NCBI GenBank assembly: GCA_963727625.1 | Contig: CAVSHR010000004.1 | Location: 640,001-704,000 of the forward strand | Direction: 5' to 3' | From: an uncultured delta proteobacterium | GTDB taxonomy: Bacteria; Desulfobacterota; Binatia; UBA9968 | Length of the DNA: 64,000 nucleotides | Shown here: positions 10,896-21,340 of the stretch, piece after piece | How the letters are laid out: each line of letters starts with the position of its first letter | How positions within the stretch are numbered: the stretch's first letter is position 1 | Notes under the pieces: model-generated | The model's input: the letters and a program-made list of their open reading frames with translations, nothing else | What the model was told of the DNA's origin: nothing | Database searches by the model: none | Position numbers and translations under genes: made by a program

Positions 10896-12008
10896 TCAGG
10901 GTTTCAGAGCGCGTTTAACAAGCTCCGGAGCTCGCTTCATCGCCGCGAATAGCTGCATCGGCGCGTCTATTACACTGCTATAGGCATCAAGACCTTTTTC
11001 GATTGTGGTTTCGGCGCCTTGCCCGATCATACCTACCAATGCGACCGTCGGAACGCCGAACTGTTTGGCGCGTCTCGCGACTTCGCAGGGAATTTTACCT
11101 CGGCTCGTGGAGAAATCGATGCACCCTTCGGCGGTGATCACCAGATCAGCCCGGCGGATCGGCTCGTCAATCTCGATATATCGCATGATGATTTCGTAAC
11201 GATGATGCAGCTCCGCGTTGAGAAACGCGCGCAGCCCCGCGCCAAGCCCTCCGGCCGCGCCACCGCCCGGTAGAGCGACGACATCGATACCCAAATCGCG
11301 CCTGACGATAAACGCGAAGTACGCCAGTGCGCGCTCCAATTCTTGAACCGCCGACGGTGTTGCGCCCTTTTGTGGGCCGAACATGCGCGCGGCGCCGGTA
11401 GGCCCGCATAGCATGGAGTTAAAATTACACGCGACATCAATTTGAACCCGATCCAACCGGGGATCTCTATGCAACAGGTCTATATGCGCGAGCCGCATCA
11501 GCTCGGCGCCCCCCAGTTGATCGGTTGGCCCCTTGCATCAAGCAAACGAACGCCAAGCGCTTGCGCCATGCCGGCGCCGCCATCGGTCGTGCCGGAGTCC
11601 GCGCAGCCGATCAGTAATGAGTTCCACTTCGGCATCCAAAGCGGCCTTGATCAGCTCGCCGACGCCATACGTGGTTGTTTTTAATGGGTCACGCAGTCCT
11701 TCCGGCACCAAGCGAAGACCGGAAGCCGATGCCATCTCCAGGACTGCGGTCTTTGGCCCTGCACCGCCAAGAATTCCATATTGCGCTTTAACCGGCTGCC
11801 CCACCGGACCGGTCACAACAACGTCAAACAAAGCGCCACCAGTAACATTCACCAGCGTGTTGGCAAACCCCTCACCCCCATCGACCAAAGGAACCTTCGA
11901 GATGTTGGCTTCGGGCAGTACAACCGCAACCCCTTCGGCAATGCAGTCGGCCACTTCTTCTGGACTTAAACTTTCTTTGAAGCCGGACGGCGCAACTAAT
12001 ATATTCAT
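10896..12008 (-). pseudogene. glxK: Glycerate kinase (GlxK/GarK family), frameshifted
   Basis: N part MNILVAPSGFKESL...PLVDGGEG...EMASASGL...TTTYGVGELI; middle 'DSGTTDGGAGMAQALGVRLLD' in another frame; C part 'FGPQKGAT', 'GGGAAGGLG', 'ADLVITAEG', 'GKIP'. Confidence 0.85.
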
Positions 12009-12421
12009 GATGCTACTCTCTCCCAGAGCTTCGTGACAGTTGATCTTCAACCCCAAGTTTTAGTTATAAAATTACGTCTAATTAGTTAAAACGCTGATTA
12101 TTTTACAACTAAGAGTTTTGCTGCAATCTGACACAGTTGATACTTTAGACCAGAACGTCCTGAAATGACAGGAAAATTCCAGAATATCCCATGGACTCCT
12201 GGGGACAAACTCATAGCTCTAATATAACCGAGATTTACGAGTTCAATTAACCCAACTAAAAGGAAAACCTTGTGCTAAATTACTAACCAGGGGGGTTTGA
12301 TTGATCTAACCATCAGCGTGAGCGCCGCGCTAAATGGGGGAGCAAAGGATACTTGCGGCTGCCGAAATCGCGCTTCGGCATCAACGGAGATCCAAGGATG
12401 GTGCAGGGGGTGAACAACGCG

Positions 12422-12463
12422 CGTAAAAAGCCGGAGTTGGTATATCGACTCGGGCTTTTTACG
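12422..12463. terminator. Intrinsic terminator-like hairpin downstream of the amidohydrolase
   Basis: CGTAAAAAGCC...GGCTTTTTACG perfect 11 bp outer stem with additional inner pairing; A5/T5 tracts on both sides. Confidence 0.65.
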
Positions 12464-12497
12464 TTGTTGAAAACGACTCGACTAATTGTGGCGAGAA

Positions 12498-13631
12498 TTA
12501 CGCTCCCAGACCGAAGGTCTTGGTCGGATTGTCCCAAAGAATTTTACGTCGCGACTCCACCGCGATTTTGTCGTTACCGCTAATCGCCCCGACCGTTTTG
12601 TCGGGGAATTTATCGATGGCGTCGCTGTGCGGGTAATCGGTGGCGATCATCAAGTAATCGTCGCCGACATGGTCGATAAAAACCGGCGCCAACTCTTCGC
12701 CGGCCTCGCAGCTGATCCAGCAGTTGCGTTTGAAATAGTAGCTCGGCTTTTCTTTGGTGATTTTGGCGGAGCCGTGTGACTCGTGCTCCCAGTGCTCATC
12801 CATGCGTTCCAACCAGAACGGCGCCCATCCGCAGCCCGACTCGAGGTGCGCAACCTTGAGCTTGGGGAATTTTTCCAGCACGCCGTCGGCGCAGAAGTTA
12901 AGACAAGCCAGCATCTGTTCGAGTGGATGGCAGGCCACGTGGCGGCCGAATTCGCTGTAGCGATCGGAGCCGGCCTGCGGCAGGATCGTGCGCGCCCCTT
13001 CGTGCACGCAAACCGTCACGCCGAGCTCCGACGCAACATCGTAGATCGGAAAATACTCGGGGCTCGCGAACGTTCGACCGCAGAATTTATTCGGCCGCCA
13101 GAAGATGCCGACCAGGCCTAATTTTTCTCTGGCGTATTTGAGCTCTTCCACGGCGCGGGCCGGATCTTGCAGCGGAATCAGCATGACGCCATGCAGTCGC
13201 TTGCGGTCATAGTTGCAATAATCGGCTAGCCAAGTGTTGTAGGCTCGGCAGATCGCCGCGCTCAGCTCCGGATCGATATCGTCGCGCCACATGATGTACA
13301 GGCCGATGGTCGGAAACAGAACTGAGACGTCGATGCCCTCGCGATCCATGTCGCGCAGATTGGAGGCTGGGTCGAACTTGTTAGCGTAGGCGTCGGCAAA
13401 ACACTCGCGCCAGCGCTTCGAGGAGGAGAAAATATAACCGTAATCTTCCGCCACCCGCCCGGGCCGCTGCGCCGAGTCCGAAACCGGCTTGCCGTCCACC
13501 TCGCGTACGGTCTGATTCGGTCCCGCCAAACGCACGCGATTTTTAAATTTCTCCGGCAGGTAATTCTGATACAAATCCGTCGGCTCGAGAATATGCCGGT
13601 CGGCGTCGATGACTTTAAATCCGTCTTTCAT
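12498..13631 (-). CDS. Amidohydrolase_2 family protein
   Basis: 'VIDADRH', 'DMDREGIDVSVLFPT', 'CVHEG', 'LESGCGW', 'ATDYPHSD', 'RKILWDN'. Confidence 0.92.
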   Translation of the reverse strand: MKDGFKVIDADRHILEPTDLYQNYLPEKFKNRVRLAGPNQTVREVDGKPVSDSAQRPGRVAEDYGYIFSSSKRWRECFADAYANKFDPASNLRDMDREGIDVSVLFPTIGLYIMWRDDIDPELSAAICRAYNTWLADYCNYDRKRLHGVMLIPLQDPARAVEELKYAREKLGLVGIFWRPNKFCGRTFASPEYFPIYDVASELGVTVCVHEGARTILPQAGSDRYSEFGRHVACHPLEQMLACLNFCADGVLEKFPKLKVAHLESGCGWAPFWLERMDEHWEHESHGSAKITKEKPSYYFKRNCWISCEAGEELAPVFIDHVGDDYLMIATDYPHSDAIDKFPDKTVGAISGNDKIAVESRRKILWDNPTKTFGLGA

Positions 13632-13866
13632 GGTTACTCTCCTTCAACAAAGTAGCGATCAAGGTTTTAGACGCGTCAAATTCACCAACTTACATAGATC
13701 AAAGCCGCGCCCGCGGCAAGCCCTGATCCGTTCCTCCCACGCGCGGCGAACTCACAACGGCGAAAGCTATTTTTGAGCGGGTCAATTCAACCCGTGCGCC
13801 GCCGTCCTCGTGATCGTGTTCGGAAAAACCCGCACGACCACGGACCCCGAACACGATTCCCCGATG

Positions 13867-15294
13867 CTACTTGGTTTCCCAGCCACCGCCGAGGGCCTTG
13901 TACAACGCCACCAGATTGGACGCCATGGTGGCTTCGCTCTGGGCAAGATCGCTCTCGGAAAGATAAAGCGTGCGTTGGGCATCGAGAACATTCAAAAAAG
14001 CCACCAGTCCCTGCCGGTACAGCTCATCGGCCATTTCCAAGGCACGCCGATTGGCCGCCACCGCTTCGAGCAGTGAGCGGTAGCGGGTTTGTTCGTTACC
14101 GTAATTGACCAGGGTATTTTCCACGTCCTCGAACGCGGTCAACACCGACTTTTCATAAAGTCTCAATGCCTGTTCCTGCTGGGCGTTGCGAATTTCGATG
14201 TTGGCGCGGATCTTACCGGCGTCAAACACCGGCCAAGTGATGGTCGGGCCGATGGACCAAAAGCGGCTTCGCCCGGTAAACCAGTCACCGGCGCTGATGC
14301 TCTGCAAGCCGATTGTGCCGGTCAAGGAAAACTTGGGATAAAGGTCCGCGGTGGCTGCGCCGATTTGGGCCGTAGCCGCCGCCAATTGCCGTTCGGCGCG
14401 GCGGATGTCGGGACGTCGCCTAAGCAAGTCAGCGGGCAAGCCGACATGGGCTTGCGGCGGCAGCGCGGGGACGGGCGTGTCTTTAGTGAGTTCGCCCGAC
14501 AATGTCCCCGGTTGCGTCCCGAGTAAAACATCGAGTCGATACGCCGCCTGCTTCAAAGCGCTTTGTAGGGTTGGAATCTGCGCCGCCGTCGCGCTCACCT
14601 GCCCTTCGGCCTGGGCCACTTCCAGATCGCTGGCGAGACCGGCATCAAAGCGCACGCGCGTTAGGTGCAAACTTTCTTGCTGCGCCTCGAGATTTGCTTG
14701 GGCGACGTCCAAACGTCGTTGAAAGCCGCGCAGGTCGATATAATTTTTCCCTACGTCGCCGAGCAAAGTAACCAGCACGGCGCGTCGATCCTCGACCGAT
14801 GCCTCGACCGTAGCCTCGCCAGCCTCGACGCGCCGGCGCGTGCCGCCGAAAACGTCGATTTCCCAGCCGGCGTCGAAACCGGCTTTGAACAAATCATGCT
14901 CCAAGATCGTGCCGCCGCCGGTGGCAAACGCGTTTTCACTGGTGCGGCTGCGCGTGTAAGAAGCCGCGCTGTTGAGGCCCGGCCAATACCCCGCGGTCAT
15001 GACTTCGAGCGACGCGCGGGCCTCGCGAATCCGCGCTTCGGCAATGCGCAGGTCCAAATTCGATTTGACCGCGCGCTCGACCAGTGAGTTCAGCAATGGA
15101 TCGTTGAATTCTTGCCACCAATGGGTAAGCTCTGCCGCTTGCGCGTCGACACCGCTCTGTCTGCCCTCTTGCCAAGCCGCGGGCAGAGAAGTTTCAGGCC
15201 GCTGGTAGTTCGGCCCCACAGTGCAGCCGGCCAGAATTAAATAAACCACGCCGCTTGCAATGCCATACCTGAGCTTCAGTTCCGAGTACGTCAT
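13867..15294 (-). CDS. Efflux outer membrane lipoprotein (NodT/OprM family)
   Basis: Lipobox LAGC-TVGPNY; 'WEIDVFGG', 'LLRRRPDIRRAE', 'LYKALGGGW'. Confidence 0.95.
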   Translation of the reverse strand: MTYSELKLRYGIASGVVYLILAGCTVGPNYQRPETSLPAAWQEGRQSGVDAQAAELTHWWQEFNDPLLNSLVERAVKSNLDLRIAEARIREARASLEVMTAGYWPGLNSAASYTRSRTSENAFATGGGTILEHDLFKAGFDAGWEIDVFGGTRRRVEAGEATVEASVEDRRAVLVTLLGDVGKNYIDLRGFQRRLDVAQANLEAQQESLHLTRVRFDAGLASDLEVAQAEGQVSATAAQIPTLQSALKQAAYRLDVLLGTQPGTLSGELTKDTPVPALPPQAHVGLPADLLRRRPDIRRAERQLAAATAQIGAATADLYPKFSLTGTIGLQSISAGDWFTGRSRFWSIGPTITWPVFDAGKIRANIEIRNAQQEQALRLYEKSVLTAFEDVENTLVNYGNEQTRYRSLLEAVAANRRALEMADELYRQGLVAFLNVLDAQRTLYLSESDLAQSEATMASNLVALYKALGGGWETK

Positions 15295-15339
15295 TTCTGA
15301 TTCCTTACGGTTAACGATCGCAGCAAAGCTCTCGCCGCG

Positions 15340-16458
15340 CTATGCCAAGCGATGACGAAACATCCAGGACGCTCCGGTCAACGTCACGACCGCGATGATC
15401 GCCAATGGCCACAGCTCTGGAAACAACAAATGCAAACCCACCCCTTCGAGATAGACCCGGTGCGCGATATCGATCGCGTACCGCAACGGGTTGATCAACG
15501 TCACATACTGCAGGGCCATCGGCATGCTGCTGATCGGCGTGGTGAGACCCGAGAGTAGAGCGAACGGCATGATCAAGAGAAATGCGAACAACATCGCCTG
15601 CTGCATGGTCTTCGCCACCGACGACAAAAGCAACCCCATGCCGACGGCCGCCAGCAAGAACACGCTCAAGCCCGCGTAGAGCGTGATGAACGACCCGGCG
15701 AAGGGAATGCGAAACCACAACTGCGCCACCAACAACACCAGGGTCGCCTGGACGATGCCGACCAGCATCGCCGGCAGCGCTTTACCGGCCATAATTTCGA
15801 TGGGGCGGAAAGGCGTCACTAACAGCTGATCGAAGGTGCCCTGCTCGCGCTCGCGCGCGACCGACAAGCCGGTCAGCATCAAGGTTTGAATGAACGTGAG
15901 CGTGCCGATCAACGCCGGGATCATATGCCAGCGCGTCTCCAAGTTCGGATTGTACCACGCCCGGCTTGTCAGCCGAATCGGCGCAGCGCGCCGCCCCTGC
16001 TGTTCGCGCCAGCGGGCATTGAACGACGCGACAATGTTGCCAATGTAGCCTATCGCTGTGCCCGCGGTGTTGGAGTTTCGGCCGTCGGCGATGATCTGCA
16101 CGTCCGCGGGACGGCCGGTGCGAAGCCGGCGTTCGAAATCTTGATCGATTTGAATCACCAGCAAGGCGCGCCGCTCGTCGATGACGTTTTTCACCTCCGC
16201 GAGACGGCTCAGATTGGCGACACGGCGAAATACCTTGGAACCGTCGAACGCGGCGAGTAATTTTTGTGACGCCGCGCTGCGGTCCTGATCCAGCACCGCG
16301 TAGGGCACGTCGTTCAGATCATAGGTCGCCACGTAACCGTAGATCAGGCACTGGAGAATCGGCGGAATCAGCAGGCTGTAACGGCTGCGCGGGTCCTTGA
16401 GAATCTGCAGCAACTCTTTGCGGGTCAGCGCTAGAATCCGGAAAAAGGCGTCGAACAT
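15340..16458 (-). CDS. ybhR: ABC-2 permease, YbhR-like
   Basis: 'RKELLQILKDPRS', 'WYNPNL', 'AREREQGTFDQLLVTP'; operon order G-F-S-R. Confidence 0.85.
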   Translation of the reverse strand: MFDAFFRILALTRKELLQILKDPRSRYSLLIPPILQCLIYGYVATYDLNDVPYAVLDQDRSAASQKLLAAFDGSKVFRRVANLSRLAEVKNVIDERRALLVIQIDQDFERRLRTGRPADVQIIADGRNSNTAGTAIGYIGNIVASFNARWREQQGRRAAPIRLTSRAWYNPNLETRWHMIPALIGTLTFIQTLMLTGLSVAREREQGTFDQLLVTPFRPIEIMAGKALPAMLVGIVQATLVLLVAQLWFRIPFAGSFITLYAGLSVFLLAAVGMGLLLSSVAKTMQQAMLFAFLLIMPFALLSGLTTPISSMPMALQYVTLINPLRYAIDIAHRVYLEGVGLHLLFPELWPLAIIAVVTLTGASWMFRHRLA

Positions 16459-16465
16459 CTTTGCC

Positions 16466-17617
16466 TCAAGCCAAGCTCTTATGCGTCGCCCGGTACGTCA
16501 GGATCACCAACACGGCGGCCATGACGGCGAGCACGCCCATGTTCGGCAAGATCACCGCCCAGATATCGCCGGCTAAAAATATCGTCTGCAAGAGCGCAAC
16601 GTAATAACGCGCCGGCAGCGCGTAAGTGATCAAGCGCACCAGCGCCGGCATGCTCTGCAGATCGAAGAGAAACCCGGAAAGCATCACCGCCGGCAGAAAC
16701 GTGACCAACAGGGTAATTTGGCTGGCGACAAACTGGCTTTTGAACGCGGAGGAAATCAGCAGGCCGATGCCGAGGGCGACCAACAGGTAGAGCATCGAAG
16801 CGGTCGTGAGCATCGTCACCGAGCCGCGAAACGGCACGTGAAAAAGAAATTTCGCCGCCGCCAGGCATAAAATGAAACCGATGATTCCGAGGACGAAGTA
16901 AGGAACCGTCTTGCCGAGCAGGATTTCATCGATGCGGACCGGCGTGACGAACAGCGCTTCGAGCGTGCCGCGCTCCCATTCGCGCGCCATGACCAGCGCG
17001 GTGAGCAGGGCGCCGATCAGCGTCATGATCAAAACGATCAAGCCTGGAACCAAAAAGTAGCGGCTTTCGTTGGCTTCGTTGAACCACATGCGGCTTTGCA
17101 GCACGACGGGACCGGCGGCAATAGCGAACCCCTGGGCGGCGCGCCGCGCCGCCCATTGGCCGATGGCGCCCTGCGCATAGCCTTGAATGATACGCGCGCG
17201 GTTGGCATCGACGCCGTGCACCAGCACTTGCACCTCGGCGTTACCGAGGCTTAGAGCGCGGGAGAAATCCGAACCAAGGCGAATGATACCATCCACTTTA
17301 CGCGACAGCATGAGCTCTTGGGCAAGCGGCATCGACGGCGTCAGTTGAGCTTCGAAATAATTCGAGAGCTGAAAGCTGGCGGCTAACTCCGCCGCTGCCG
17401 GCGACGGATCTTCGACGACGACCGCCACCGACACTTGGGTGACGTCCAGCGACAAGCCGTAGCCGAACAGCAAGATCAACACCACCGGCAACACCAGGCC
17501 GATGGCGATACTGCTCGGATCGCGCACGATCTGCCGGGTTTCTTTTCTAATCAGACTCACCGTGCGATGGAATTTAGCCCACAACCGGCTTTGCTTCACC
17601 GTGCTTACAGGCTTCAT
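16466..17617 (-). CDS. ybhS: ABC-2 permease, YbhS-like
   Basis: 'KETRQIVRDPSS', 'AREWERGTLEALFVTP'. Confidence 0.85.
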   Translation of the reverse strand: MKPVSTVKQSRLWAKFHRTVSLIRKETRQIVRDPSSIAIGLVLPVVLILLFGYGLSLDVTQVSVAVVVEDPSPAAAELAASFQLSNYFEAQLTPSMPLAQELMLSRKVDGIIRLGSDFSRALSLGNAEVQVLVHGVDANRARIIQGYAQGAIGQWAARRAAQGFAIAAGPVVLQSRMWFNEANESRYFLVPGLIVLIMTLIGALLTALVMAREWERGTLEALFVTPVRIDEILLGKTVPYFVLGIIGFILCLAAAKFLFHVPFRGSVTMLTTASMLYLLVALGIGLLISSAFKSQFVASQITLLVTFLPAVMLSGFLFDLQSMPALVRLITYALPARYYVALLQTIFLAGDIWAVILPNMGVLAVMAAVLVILTYRATHKSLA

Positions 17618-19410
17618 GCCGCCCCCCGTGATGCCTCGTGGCGCGCCGCTTCGACGATCGCGATAAACGCGTCTTCCATGGTCGGTTCAATATTCGCATC
17701 GGACCGCGATCCTTGGCGAATCTCGGCGGGCGTGCCTTGCGCCAGTATCCGGCCCGCGTCCATGATCGCTACTCGATCGCAATATTCCGCCTCCTCCATA
17801 AAATGCGTCGTCACCACCACGGTGACCCCTTGCTCGGCCAACGCGGTGATCCGCCGCCAAAACTCGCGTCGCGCCAGGGGGTCAGCGCCACTGGTGGGCT
17901 CGTCGAGAAACAGCAGTTCCGGCTCATGCAGCAACGCCGCGGCCATCGCCAAGCGTTGCTTGAAGCCGCCGGGCAAGTCACCGCTAGCCAAATCTATGAA
18001 CTCGCCGAGATCAAATTGGCTTATCGCCCAGTCGAGGCGCGCTTGTTTAGCGGCGCCGCGCAAACTGTAAGCACTGGCAAAGAACTCCAAGTTTTCAGCC
18101 ACCGTGAGTTGGCCGTAAAGGGAAAATTTCTGCGCCACGTAGCCGATGCGCTGGCGCGCTGAAGCGCGCGCCCGGCGCAGGTCCAGGTCGGCTACCCGCA
18201 GGGTTCCGCTGCTCGCCGGCAGTAATCCGCACAACATTCGAAAGGTCGTTGTCTTGCCCGCGCCATTGGGACCGAGCAAACCGAAGATCTCGCCGCGTTC
18301 AACCTCGAAATTGATATGATCGACGGCGGTGAAAGCGCCAAACTGGCGCACCAATTGGTTCACCTGGACAGCCGCGCCGTCGCGCTCCCGCTCCGGCGCT
18401 TTGGCCAGCGTCATGGCGCCCATCGACTCGCGCGGCGCGCCGGTCTGATGCAACAGAACCATAAAACCATCTTCGAAGCGCGGCGCTACCGCTTTCACGT
18501 TCGCTGCCGAGAAGGCATCATCCCCTTGCTCGTGCAGCGATCCATTTTCGCTCGTAAGGCTCTTGTCTTCAGATCGAACGACACGCACTTGACCGCCCAC
18601 CGGTACAGCATCGATGATGTCCGGTCGATCGAGCAATCGGGCTTGAAATTCTCTGGCTTTGCAGCCGGCGGGAGGATCGACAAGATAAACTCGCCCGGCG
18701 GCCAGTCGGCTGATTGCGCTCGGCCGGCCCTCCGCAAGAACTTTGCCACGATGCATAACGACAACCTGATCGCAACGTTCGGCTTCGTCCAGATAAGAAG
18801 TGCTGAGCAACACCGTCAAACGTCTTTCGCCGACCAGCCGCAGGAGAATTTCCCACAGCTCGCGGCGCGACAGCGGGTCGACGCCGACGGTGGGCTCATC
18901 AAGGAGCAAGAGCTCCGGCGCGGAAATCAGCGTGCAAGCGAGTCCGAGTTTTTGTTTCATGCCGCCCGACAACTGGCCCGCCAGGCGTCGCGTGAACGGA
19001 CCCAGTGCGGTCATTTCCATCAACCGGGGATAAGCTTGCGCGCGATCCTCGGCGCTGATGCCATGCAGGTCGGCGTAAAGATCGAGATTTTCCTGCACGC
19101 TAAGATCTTCGTATAAACCGAACCGCTGCGGCATGTAGCCGATGCGATCTTGAACTTGTTGCGGCGCCGCCCCCACGTCGATGCCCAACACATTCATGAC
19201 GCCGGCATCGACTGGCAGTAATCCGGCGGCCAGACGGATCAGCGTCGTCTTGCCGGCGCCGTCCGGCCCGACCAGCGCGGTCAGCGTGCCGGCTTCGACG
19301 CGCAGCGAAACATCGCCGAGCGCGCGCACCGCCTCCTTGCCGTTGCGATGAAATTCCTTGTGAAGATTTCGGCCCGATAGCGCCGCGGAATTGTCTTCCG
19401 GCTCGGTCAT
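17614..19410 (-). CDS. ybhF: ABC ATP-binding protein with two ATPase domains, YbhF-like
   Basis: Two Walker A motifs (GPDGAGKT, GPNGAGKT), LSGGMKQKL, two LDEPT Walker B motifs. Confidence 0.9.
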   Translation of the reverse strand: MTEPEDNSAALSGRNLHKEFHRNGKEAVRALGDVSLRVEAGTLTALVGPDGAGKTTLIRLAAGLLPVDAGVMNVLGIDVGAAPQQVQDRIGYMPQRFGLYEDLSVQENLDLYADLHGISAEDRAQAYPRLMEMTALGPFTRRLAGQLSGGMKQKLGLACTLISAPELLLLDEPTVGVDPLSRRELWEILLRLVGERRLTVLLSTSYLDEAERCDQVVVMHRGKVLAEGRPSAISRLAAGRVYLVDPPAGCKAREFQARLLDRPDIIDAVPVGGQVRVVRSEDKSLTSENGSLHEQGDDAFSAANVKAVAPRFEDGFMVLLHQTGAPRESMGAMTLAKAPERERDGAAVQVNQLVRQFGAFTAVDHINFEVERGEIFGLLGPNGAGKTTTFRMLCGLLPASSGTLRVADLDLRRARASARQRIGYVAQKFSLYGQLTVAENLEFFASAYSLRGAAKQARLDWAISQFDLGEFIDLASGDLPGGFKQRLAMAAALLHEPELLFLDEPTSGADPLARREFWRRITALAEQGVTVVVTTHFMEEAEYCDRVAIMDAGRILAQGTPAEIRQGSRSDANIEPTMEDAFIAIVEAARHEASRGAA

Positions 19411-20468
19411 CGAGCTTTTTCTCCGCCGGTTTCATTGCGCCTTGATTGCCTTTCCGGCGCCGTGGGCGGGCTGCGTTGATCTAAAGGCAGATAGACGCTG
19501 GCAGGCATGCCGAGACGCAATTCGTCTTTCGGGTCTTTGACGAAGACCCGAACTTCGTACACCAAACTGGTGCGCAGTTCGGTCGTCTGCACCGCCTTGG
19601 GGGTGAACTCGGCGACCGGCGAGATGAAACCGACCCAGCCGTCGAAGCGGCGTTTTGGGAAACTATCGACGGCAATGGTCGCCGCCGTGCCGGGATGAAT
19701 CTTTCCCAGGTCGGGCTCCGAGACATAAGCGCGCACCCATTTAGGGTCGGTGACCGCCAGGGAAAACACCGGACTCTGCGGCGACGCCATCTCACCGGGC
19801 TCCAGGATGCGCGTGCGCACCACGGCGTTGACCGGCGCGAGCAGCTGGGAATCGGCCAAGTGCTGGCGCAGTAACGCCGCCTGCGCTTCGTTGGCGCGCA
19901 AACGCGCCTCGTTTTCGGCGATGTCTTCCTTGCGCGGACCAAGCACGGCTAAATCCAAAGTTTTTTGATTGACGGCGAGCTTCGCTTCCGCAACCTGCAA
20001 AGCGGCTTTGGCGGCATCGACATCTTGCTGGCGCACCGCCCGTCCGGCGGACAATTCCGCGGCGCTTCTAAGCCGTTCGTACTGCCGCTGTGCGTTGACA
20101 AGATCGGCCTTCGCCGATTCGACGTTGGCGCGAGCTTGGGCTATCTCCTCCGGCCGGCTGCCGTTGCGCAACCGCGTCACGACTGAGCGCTGCGCTGCGG
20201 CTTGCGCCTCGGCTTGGGTCAATTGCGGCTCGAGGCGGCGGGTATCCAAGCGAGCCAGGACCTGTCCTTCTTTTACATGATCGCCCTCTTGAACCAGCAC
20301 CGCGATGATCCGCTCGCTGTTGTTGAAGGCGAGTTGCACCTGCCTCAAGTCGATGTTGCCGTAAAGTACCAGGTCACCCGCAGCGCCCTCGCGCTGCATC
20401 AACCACCACGCCGCAGCGCCCGCAAGCGCAGCGGCGATCAATAATATGAGCAAAAGCTTTCGTGTCAT
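19407..20468 (-). CDS. ybhG: HlyD-family periplasmic adaptor, YbhG-like
   Basis: N-terminal TM; 'LYGNIDLRQVQLAF', 'GFISPVAEFTPK.VQT.ELRT.LVY'. Confidence 0.88.
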   Translation of the reverse strand: MTRKLLLILLIAAALAGAAAWWLMQREGAAGDLVLYGNIDLRQVQLAFNNSERIIAVLVQEGDHVKEGQVLARLDTRRLEPQLTQAEAQAAAQRSVVTRLRNGSRPEEIAQARANVESAKADLVNAQRQYERLRSAAELSAGRAVRQQDVDAAKAALQVAEAKLAVNQKTLDLAVLGPRKEDIAENEARLRANEAQAALLRQHLADSQLLAPVNAVVRTRILEPGEMASPQSPVFSLAVTDPKWVRAYVSEPDLGKIHPGTAATIAVDSFPKRRFDGWVGFISPVAEFTPKAVQTTELRTSLVYEVRVFVKDPKDELRLGMPASVYLPLDQRSPPTAPERQSRRNETGGEKAR

Positions 20469-20517
20469 AAGCCACTTGCGCGTCGGTAAACCGGAATCGA
20501 TCGGCGGCCCGGCCGGA

Positions 20518-21159
20518 TCATTTCGCACCGCCTTTCTTGGTGATTACACCGTGAAGAATCACGGAGGTGATGGCGGAGTAACCGCCCTTTGGCGTGAGAC
20601 CCAAGTCCTCCATTTTCGCGGGATTCATGATCGCCTGCACCGCGCCGAGCAGGATCTCGACGATCAGGTCCGTCGAAACATCGCGGCGGATGCTGCCGGA
20701 GCGGCGGCCTTGGGCGAAAATGCCGCCGAAATGGCGTTGGATCATCGTGCGCCTGCGCTCTTCCACGAGCTTGAACAGCTCCGGCGATTCGCGCCGGAGG
20801 TCGCGCACGAAGGGCGGCTGGATCTCTTCGGTATGGCGCTGCACGCAGGCGAGCAGTTGATCGAGTGCGGCCAAAGCGTCGCCGGACGACCGGGCCATGA
20901 TCCCGTCAAGATCACTTTCCACGCTGCCGATTTTGTCCAATAGGACAGCTCGCAATAGCGCCGTCTTACTCGGGAATGAGGCGTAGAGGGTCTTTTTGCT
21001 CATGCCGAGCTCGGCGGCCAGATCGTCCATGGTGACGCTGCGCAAGCCGTGGGCGAAAAAATCCTCGCGCGCCGCCGTGACGATGCGCTGCGCCAGCGAG
21101 ACGGCGGGCAAAGCCGTCGCAAGCTCGCGTTTATGGGTTCTTATCGATTTGGCACGCAT
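20518..21159 (-). CDS. TetR/AcrR family transcriptional regulator
   Basis: HTH 'VTMDDLAAELGMSKKTLYASFPSK'. Confidence 0.9.
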   Translation of the reverse strand: MRAKSIRTHKRELATALPAVSLAQRIVTAAREDFFAHGLRSVTMDDLAAELGMSKKTLYASFPSKTALLRAVLLDKIGSVESDLDGIMARSSGDALAALDQLLACVQRHTEEIQPPFVRDLRRESPELFKLVEERRRTMIQRHFGGIFAQGRRSGSIRRDVSTDLIVEILLGAVQAIMNPAKMEDLGLTPKGGYSAITSVILHGVITKKGGAK

Positions 21160-21165
21160 AGACCT

Positions 21166-21195
21166 AGGAAACTCAAATAGTATCTATAGTTTCCT
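21166..21195. promoter_or_regulatory. Inverted repeat, putative TetR operator
   Basis: AGGAAACT-N14-AGTTTCCT perfect 8 bp arms, 7 nt upstream of the TetR start codon. Confidence 0.55.
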
Positions 21196-21340
21196 CGGCC
21201 AATGCAAGACCGCCCAGCATGGAGCGCGACAGCCGAACCCGTCAAGCGGCCGAGGCCCACTCACGACCCGGGGGCGCGAATCGGCAGGCTGACCGAGCTC
21301 CGTGCCGGGCGCCGACCGATCGGCACGACCCCCTGGCCTC

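Noticed and set aside
12060-12420. AT-rich spacer as an ncRNA or riboswitch
   Set aside because: No recognisable conserved riboswitch or tRNA motifs; more likely the promoter region of glxK plus a terminator.
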